This document shows positions 58,256 through 64,000 of a DNA stretch of 64,000 bases, piece by piece. The notes beneath the pieces were generated by a model that had not been told where the DNA came from, made no database searches, and was given only the letters and a program-made list of their open reading frames with translations. Within the stretch, counting starts at the first letter, position 1, and each line of letters begins with the position of its first letter. The DNA is from an uncultured Methanosarcinaceae archaeon (GTDB lineage: Archaea > Halobacteriota > Methanosarcinia > Methanosarcinales > Methanosarcinaceae), in the NCBI GenBank assembly GCA_963727895.1, contig CAVSHT010000013.1, forward strand, positions 1-64,000. The letters are read 5' to 3'. A program made the translations under genes and the position numbers.

Positions 58256-58382
58256 CTTAATCAGGCTAATTTACTGCATTATTCCTTCCTTTTTAATAGG
58301 TTTACTTGAATTCTTTTTCAAATTTATGTCTCTTTTTTCCTCTAATATATGTTCTTTTTCCTCTCTTCTTGATGTCTTTCTG

Positions 58383-58922
58383 TTACCTTGTTTTCGCATA
58401 CAGGAAACAATCGTAATAATCTTCTCCGATACGATGTACTTTTTTCAGGATCCCTTCTTTTTCGTACTTACATTTCTGGGCCACTCGTTCGCTTGCAGGG
58501 TTTCGAGTATCCATAAGGATGATAAGTCTCTGTAAATCCAGTTTCTCAAATCCAACTTTCTCAAGCTGTTTTACAGCTTCGGTTGCAATTCCTTTTTCCT
58601 GATAATCTCTGTCAATAAAATACCCGATTTCTCCTACCCAAGGTCTATGCTGATCTATTTTGATTCCACAGGCTCCTATAAGTCTTCCATAATAAAGGAC
58701 GGAATAATTGTACTCAAAGTTAGCTTTTCTTTTAGCTTCATTTAATTGCAGAAAATACTTTTCTTCTTCAAGCGTTTTTATCGGAAATTCGATAAACTCA
58801 AGGTTTGTATGTGTTATTATCTCAAGGAAACGTTCGGCATCAAAAAGTTCTTGAGGACGAATTTTTACTTCGGACATAAACAGAGATTGAATTTCCATCC
58901 TAAAAAACATTTTCTGGTTCAT
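58383..58922 (-). CDS. RimJ/RimL-type GNAT acetyltransferase
   Basis: GEIGY, KGIATEA, NPASERVAQK; start may be the later MSEV. Confidence 0.88.
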   Translation of the reverse strand: MNQKMFFRMEIQSLFMSEVKIRPQELFDAERFLEIITHTNLEFIEFPIKTLEEEKYFLQLNEAKRKANFEYNYSVLYYGRLIGACGIKIDQHRPWVGEIGYFIDRDYQEKGIATEAVKQLEKVGFEKLDLQRLIILMDTRNPASERVAQKCKYEKEGILKKVHRIGEDYYDCFLYAKTR

Positions 58923-59005
58923 CTTTTATTCTCAGAAGAGTACTTGTAAATAAATTTGGTTAATAAAAATAAAATATAAGTATAACTCTCATTTAATAGA
59001 GAACT

Positions 59006-59713
59006 GTGGAACACAATATTATGTCTAGAATCCGAGCAGATCTAATTCTGAATCTGGATGAGAACACAAAAGTAAGTTGTTCTCGTTTTTTTAAAGAAGA
59101 AATACTCTGCTATGGGGTAAAATCTGTATTTGTAAAAAAAATCGCAAAAAATTATTTTAATGAAATTAAGTCCAAAAATAAAAAAGAGATCTTTTCCCTG
59201 TGCGAAGAGCTTTTTCAATCTGATTACTGTGAAGAAGCTTATATTGCAGCTGAATGGGTCTCTCAGGTAAAAAATTATTATTCTGAGGATGATTTCTTTA
59301 CCTTTGAACGGTGGATTGATAATTACATCAACAATTGGGCAAAGTGTGACACTCTATGTAATCACGCAGTGGGTTCTTTTATAGAAAAATTTCCTGAATA
59401 TGTGGAAAATCTCAAGGTTTGGGCCTTGTCGGAAAACAGATGGTTAAGGCGATCTGCTGCAGTAACTCTTATTCTACCCGCCCGAAAAGGTGATTTCTTA
59501 TATAATGTTTTCGAAATCTCCGATATTCTGCTCAAAGACAAGGAGGATCTGGTTCAGAAAGGTTATGGCTGGATGCTTAAAGAAGCAAGCAAACTACATT
59601 GTCAGGAAGTCTTCAATTATATTATGAGTAATAAAAATGACATGTCTCGAACAGCTTTCAGGTATGCAATCGAGAAAATGCCAGAAGAACTGAGAGCTAA
59701 AGCTATGAAATAA
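59006..59713 (+). CDS. AlkD-like DNA alkylation repair protein
   Basis: NWAKCD, NRWLRR, VQKGYGWMLKE, RYAIEK. Confidence 0.88.
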   Translation: MEHNIMSRIRADLILNLDENTKVSCSRFFKEEILCYGVKSVFVKKIAKNYFNEIKSKNKKEIFSLCEELFQSDYCEEAYIAAEWVSQVKNYYSEDDFFTFERWIDNYINNWAKCDTLCNHAVGSFIEKFPEYVENLKVWALSENRWLRRSAAVTLILPARKGDFLYNVFEISDILLKDKEDLVQKGYGWMLKEASKLHCQEVFNYIMSNKNDMSRTAFRYAIEKMPEELRAKAMK

Positions 59714-60715
59714 TAACGGGAAAACTTACGCTAAGTAATGTAAGTGACTGAAATGAAATGAGTAATGTGTATCAGGGTACTTGTTTCAAATTAATGGAAT
59801 TTGTTATTTCTGAAATTCTTACAGTAACTAATAACTTAAAAAGTAAATTCTATAAAAGTAGAGAACTGAACTCAAAAAATGTCACAAAAATTTGTGAATG
59901 TAGGGAGTAAGGAACTTTTCCGGTACAGTACCCCCATACTGTATCTTTGATCCTTACCCCCAAGTGTTCCCCCTTTTATTCCTGTATTTTTCCTGCAATC
60001 AAATTCTGCAGGAACTTTCATACAACTTTTGTCTACGTTACAGTTAAAAGGATCTATTCACAAGTATTTTGTTCTATTTACTCACCTATGGTACGAATTT
60101 AACATTTATGATGCTTTTAATAATAACGTTCTCCTCTTATTAATATTCTATGTCTTTTTGTAAAATTGTATTATTAAAAATAGTCTAACCGTATAATAAA
60201 GCCGGAAAATAAGAAATTCTCATTTCATTACTTTATCAAAATATATCTACTTTACTTATATAGATGGCTAAATATCTATTAAACAGAACATTTAAATTAC
60301 AAATGATAAGACCCATCTCTAAATATTGGACCCTTTTTTAAACCTCTAAAATTCAATTTCTGTTTTTTCTGTTACTTTTAGCTGTTATCATAATTTATTC
60401 AGGTTAACGAATATTATGTTTGACAGTGAATATAATCTCTGATAGCGAATATAATACCTGATAATGGGTATATATCTGATAGTATGTATCTCTAATAGGG
60501 ATATAATGTCTATTAGTGAATATATTTTAATATAGTAATCTTTAAACTATTATTCTCTGCTAAGGTTAAAATCATTTAAACAAGAAATTAAATAATTAAT
60601 GTATAAGTATTATCCAATTAATATATTTTAGACTCATGGCTAAGATTTTTTAAAATAAATCAATGATTAAAATAGGTTTAGGGTAAATCAAAGAGTAAAA
60701 TTATAAGGTACATGT

Positions 60716-60871
60716 ATGTTGAGAGAAATAATTGACTCAATTTGGATTAGCGTTGTTTATACTATAGCAGTTTTGGCAATTGCTGTAGTTTATATGACCA
60801 ACTGCAAGAATGCAGGTAGACTAAACGATCTAATTTCTTCATTTGCTTACAGATTGGTGGATGACTTTTAA
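60716..60871 (+). CDS. Putative 51-aa single-pass membrane protein
   Basis: MLREIIDSIWISVVYTIAVLAIAVVYMTNCKNAGRLNDLISSFAYRLVDDF*; AAGGT upstream. Confidence 0.4.
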   Translation: MLREIIDSIWISVVYTIAVLAIAVVYMTNCKNAGRLNDLISSFAYRLVDDF

Positions 60872-61045
60872 GTGTGGTAAATTAAATTTTTCAATTAGAT
60901 AAGATTTCATTACCACTTTTGGATAAGCTCGATATAAATTTTTACGTTGATGAAGTTGTTAGCAAAATTCACTAACTATGAAATCTATAAATAAAAAACA
61001 GTTATTAAAAAATGATGGATAAAGGTGCTTTATCTAAACGAGCTT

Positions 61046-61444
61046 TTATTCTGTAGTTACTCCGTCGAATTCCGCTTCATTGGCTTCGGCTTCTTCTTTT
61101 GTTGCACGTACAATTCCTTCTTTGTGGTGCGCTGGCGAATATATTGTATAAAGTTTTAGATCCTCTGTTTTCGAAGTGTTAATGACATTGTGCTGTGCGC
61201 CGGCTGGTACAACAACTGCAACTCCGTCACTGAGTTCGTATTCGTTTCTATCTATTATACATTTCCCCTGACCCTGTTCAAAACGGAAAAATTGATCATT
61301 TTCTTCGTGTACTTCCATTCCAATTTCTTCCCCAGGTCTGAGGCTCATAAGTACTAGTTGGCTATGCTTTGCAGTATAGAGTACCTTGCGGAAATTACTG
61401 TTTTCTAGAGTTTCCTCTTCTATATTTGTAGAAAATCCTTTCAT
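61046..61444 (-). CDS. Cupin domain protein
   Basis: NFRKVLYT, IGMEVH, DQFF, VPAGAQHNV, YSP; ATG at 61444. Confidence 0.9.
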   Translation of the reverse strand: MKGFSTNIEEETLENSNFRKVLYTAKHSQLVLMSLRPGEEIGMEVHEENDQFFRFEQGQGKCIIDRNEYELSDGVAVVVPAGAQHNVINTSKTEDLKLYTIYSPAHHKEGIVRATKEEAEANEAEFDGVTTE

Positions 61445-62541
61445 ACATTTTGGTTTGTGGTTAATCCTATATAATATTATTCGCAAAAAAACTATTCTAA
61501 TAATATTTTAATATTTAATATTTTAATTATTATTTATAAATATTTTATCTAATTTATTCATATATACTTCAAAATATATTTTTTCAAAACAATGTCCTTA
61601 ATTAATGATTTCTCCTAGAAATTTAATAACAAAATTTAATTGTATTAAATGGAGCCTAAATAAAGTACTTCTACAATGGTATCTAAAAACTCGTCATTTT
61701 CCTATTTAATTTATAAAGTTTTATTCTGTTTATAGAGCTTAATGACTTTATTTTTAATTTTGTCTTTTCATCTTTTAAGTATGGATGCAAAGATATCGAC
61801 GTAACTAAAAAGAACTGGATTCTTCTAAAAAAAGAGGTTAATTAAGAGAATATATACAAGCTGAAAAAATTGATTACTTTTTTAAGTTGTATTTGATACT
61901 CTGATGCGGCGACTTATTATAGGTAAGGAAAACATATCGCAAACAGTAGAATGTGTTGGATTCACAAAAATTGACCTTTAACTAGAGATAAATGAGATGA
62001 TGTTTAGGTTTTCTTGAAAATAATTCACAGCAAAAACTATAGTTACCTCATAAAAATAAAAAATGAATTATTGCCCGAAAAATTAAAATATTCGTGAACA
62101 GGATAAATTAATAAGTAGACTTAAATAATTTCCTCCCGAATATCTCCTGCTGGTTTTTCGGGTATTATAATTAATTTAAAACTTAAAATATTGAAACGTA
62201 TCGAAAATGTTAAAAAGGATGTTACATTATCGTGCTTTTAATAACATATAAAGGTAAAAGGAGCAAATAAGACGTCACCACTCGAAATACAAACCTCAGT
62301 ATGTATATTGTTGCTTTTGTCAATATGTTTCACAATTTTGTGCTGCAGCTGTAAACTTTACGCCTTGAGGTGTTCAAAACATAGTAAAGTGTAAGAATAA
62401 GATATGATTTTTATAGCTGGGCAAAATTAACTTTACTCTTTTTAATTATTTATTTTTTATTTTTTGTTATTTCTTGAGTCTTTGTGCCTCCAATTTATTT
62501 ATGTCACTCCTAAATTTTCTAAGTAAATTTTTGTTTCTTAT

Positions 62542-62669
62542 GAGTCTATCCTAAAACTCAAAATTTGCTTCTCAGACATTCAATTTCATATATTCAACCA
62601 AGCTCATGATTGTGAAAACAGTTCCGGAAATTCTCCACAATTAAATAAAGTGGCTTTTGGGATAGGCTT
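62542..62669. mobile_element. 128-bp MITE, family B, copy 2
   Basis: TIRs GAGTCTATCCTAAAA / TTTTGGGATAGGCTT; TAT flanks; reverse complement of 55338-55467. Confidence 0.8.
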
Positions 62670-62878
62670 TATAATAAACATGAGATATCAGGTTAAAGTT
62701 ACCATTAAGTTATTTTATGATACTACTTCAAATATCGATCTATTAAACAGATTTATGTATAGAAAGAGGTTGAAGGTGAACTAAAAAGAACTTGATATGT
62801 AAATAAGATATGAAAGAGACTAAAACTAGTTGAGCAAGAATTAATAATGCAGGAATTGAATTTTTTTTAAATATATTT

Positions 62879-63052
62879 TTATTTATTGTCGTTTAAAACT
62901 ATTCCCCTTATTTCTAATAATTCAGATAATCTATTCAAAGCATATTTTTTTTCATTTATCGTAATTTGTAACTTATTAACCTCGGCTTCTAACTGCGCGA
63001 TTTCTATTTTTAGCTGTAGTACTTGCTCTTTAAGAAGGTCATTACTTTGCAT
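62879..63052 (-). CDS. Putative 57-aa leucine-zipper/coiled-coil protein
   Basis: MQSNDLLKEQVLQLKIEIAQLEAEVNKLQITINEKKYALNRLSELLEIRGIVLNDNK*; heptad Leu spacing. Confidence 0.5.
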   Translation of the reverse strand: MQSNDLLKEQVLQLKIEIAQLEAEVNKLQITINEKKYALNRLSELLEIRGIVLNDNK

Positions 63053-63202
63053 TATATCCGTCCAATGACTATGTATTAACCCCTTAACTCAATTATATTA
63101 CTTATGTATAAATCAATGCGTCTTTACTTTTTAGAATTTACCTTACTGTACTTATACCACCATTATCTGTTTCTCTGTTATATACTTACGGCATCAAATT
63201 TC

Positions 63203-63317
63203 GGTAATGGGCATGAGTTATTGAAAATCGTAAGCATAAGAATCTCTCTACATTTTCCTCAAATACGGAAGATGTACTTGCTTTTTCGGAATTGATCAAT
63301 AACTCACGGACACGACC
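63203..63317. mobile_element. 115-bp MITE, family A, copy 2
   Basis: TIRs GGTAATGGGCATGAGTTATT / AATAACTCACGGACACGACC; flanks CAAATTTC / AAAATTTC; inverted homolog of 13192-13306. Confidence 0.8.
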
Positions 63318-63497
63318 AAAATTTCTATCATTAAGAAATCGCGGATAGGATCCGCTAAAACAGGAATTAGAGCTTCTAAATTAGGGCAGATATTTCTCTA
63401 AATAGTTAAAAAGGGTTTTCCTGATAGGGGAAGAGAGCTTCTCCTAAACAGGAATTAAAATAGAAATTCTCCTGGCTTCTAAAAGACTTGATAGTAT

Positions 63498-64000
63498 TTA
63501 ATCAGCCTCATAATGACCAAGACCACTTAATCGGCTGACTGCCGGACCTGTTAAAACGGATGTGAGCAGCGCCATAATAATCAAAGCCACAAATACGTGG
63601 TCGTCGATAAGTCCAGCATCCTTTGCGACGGTAGCAAGTATCATCTCCATAGCACCCCTTGCGTTCATGGCAACACCTATGACGGCAGACTGCCTCAGTG
63701 GCAGTTTGCTGATCATCAAACCAAGTGTTACACCGAGTATCTTTCCTATACACGCAATAATCAAAACTTCAAGCACCAGGATCAAATCAAAAGATGTCAC
63801 GAAATCTGCTCGCAACCCTATTGAAACAAAATAGAGAGGGGCAAAAAAATGCATGACAAACTGATGGATCATTTCATGCGCATCATCACGCTTTTCCAGA
63901 CCTTGAGAAAATGCTAGGCCCACTAAGAAAGCGCCAAACACAGCGTGTATTCCAATCGCTTCGGCACAAGCTGCGGCTAATAGAATAAGGACTGTTGTTA
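63498..64000 (-). CDS. Cation:proton antiporter (CPA2), C-terminal part; runs off the window
   Basis: GIHAVFGAFLVG, FAPLYFVSIG, GKILG, MNARGAME. Confidence 0.9.
   Translation of the reverse strand, partial: TTVLILLAAACAEAIGIHAVFGAFLVGLAFSQGLEKRDDAHEMIHQFVMHFFAPLYFVSIGLRADFVTSFDLILVLEVLIIACIGKILGVTLGLMISKLPLRQSAVIGVAMNARGAMEMILATVAKDAGLIDDHVFVALIIMALLTSVLTGPAVSRLSGLGHYEAD

Noticed and set aside
59864..60060. AACTGAACTCAAA motif (also near 3808 and 22543) as IS-end remnants
   Set aside because: No partner inverted repeat, TSD or transposase could be established by eye.
60421..60524. Possible CRISPR array
   Set aside because: Units are short, degenerate and contiguous with no unique spacers; no cas genes in the window.

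Overview
Archaeal window whose gene set and sequences point to Methanosarcina. It opens with the end of the spc-type ribosomal operon (rps5 tail, rpl30, rpl15, secY, adk, DUF106, cmk, cbf5). Next come tRNA-Ser, the rps13-rps4-rps11-rpoD operon and two tandem tRNA-Leu(GAG) genes. An accessory region follows at about 11-33 kb, then the minus-strand eIF2-gamma/PIN/rpoE1/spt4/dpck/rps24e/rps27ae/kae1-bud32/rdgB block, purP-like, egsA, a glycogen-related trio and an AT-rich end. The most striking feature is a carrier-protein biosynthetic cluster at 23.5-30.3 kb. It encodes an Sfp-type phosphopantetheinyl transferase, a DltC-like acyl/aminoacyl carrier protein, an adenylating ligase, two N-type ATP-pyrophosphatase amide-forming enzymes (a WbpG/PseA-like protein and a divergent NadE), a DUF362-ferredoxin and a beta-helix acyltransferase. 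Beside it lies a decaying deacetylase/FemAB-like/DUF354 glycan locus cut by IS1. Also seen: a 15-Cys secreted Ig/cadherin-like protein, two 740-bp IS1 copies, two MITE families with target-site duplications, inverted REP-like arrays bracketing a deleted TPR gene, microsatellites and small ORFs missed by the ORF track. Single-base insertions in the essential rps13 and rps4 genes suggest sequencing errors, so other frameshift or pseudogene calls need caution. All product calls come from motif recognition by eye, not database searches.
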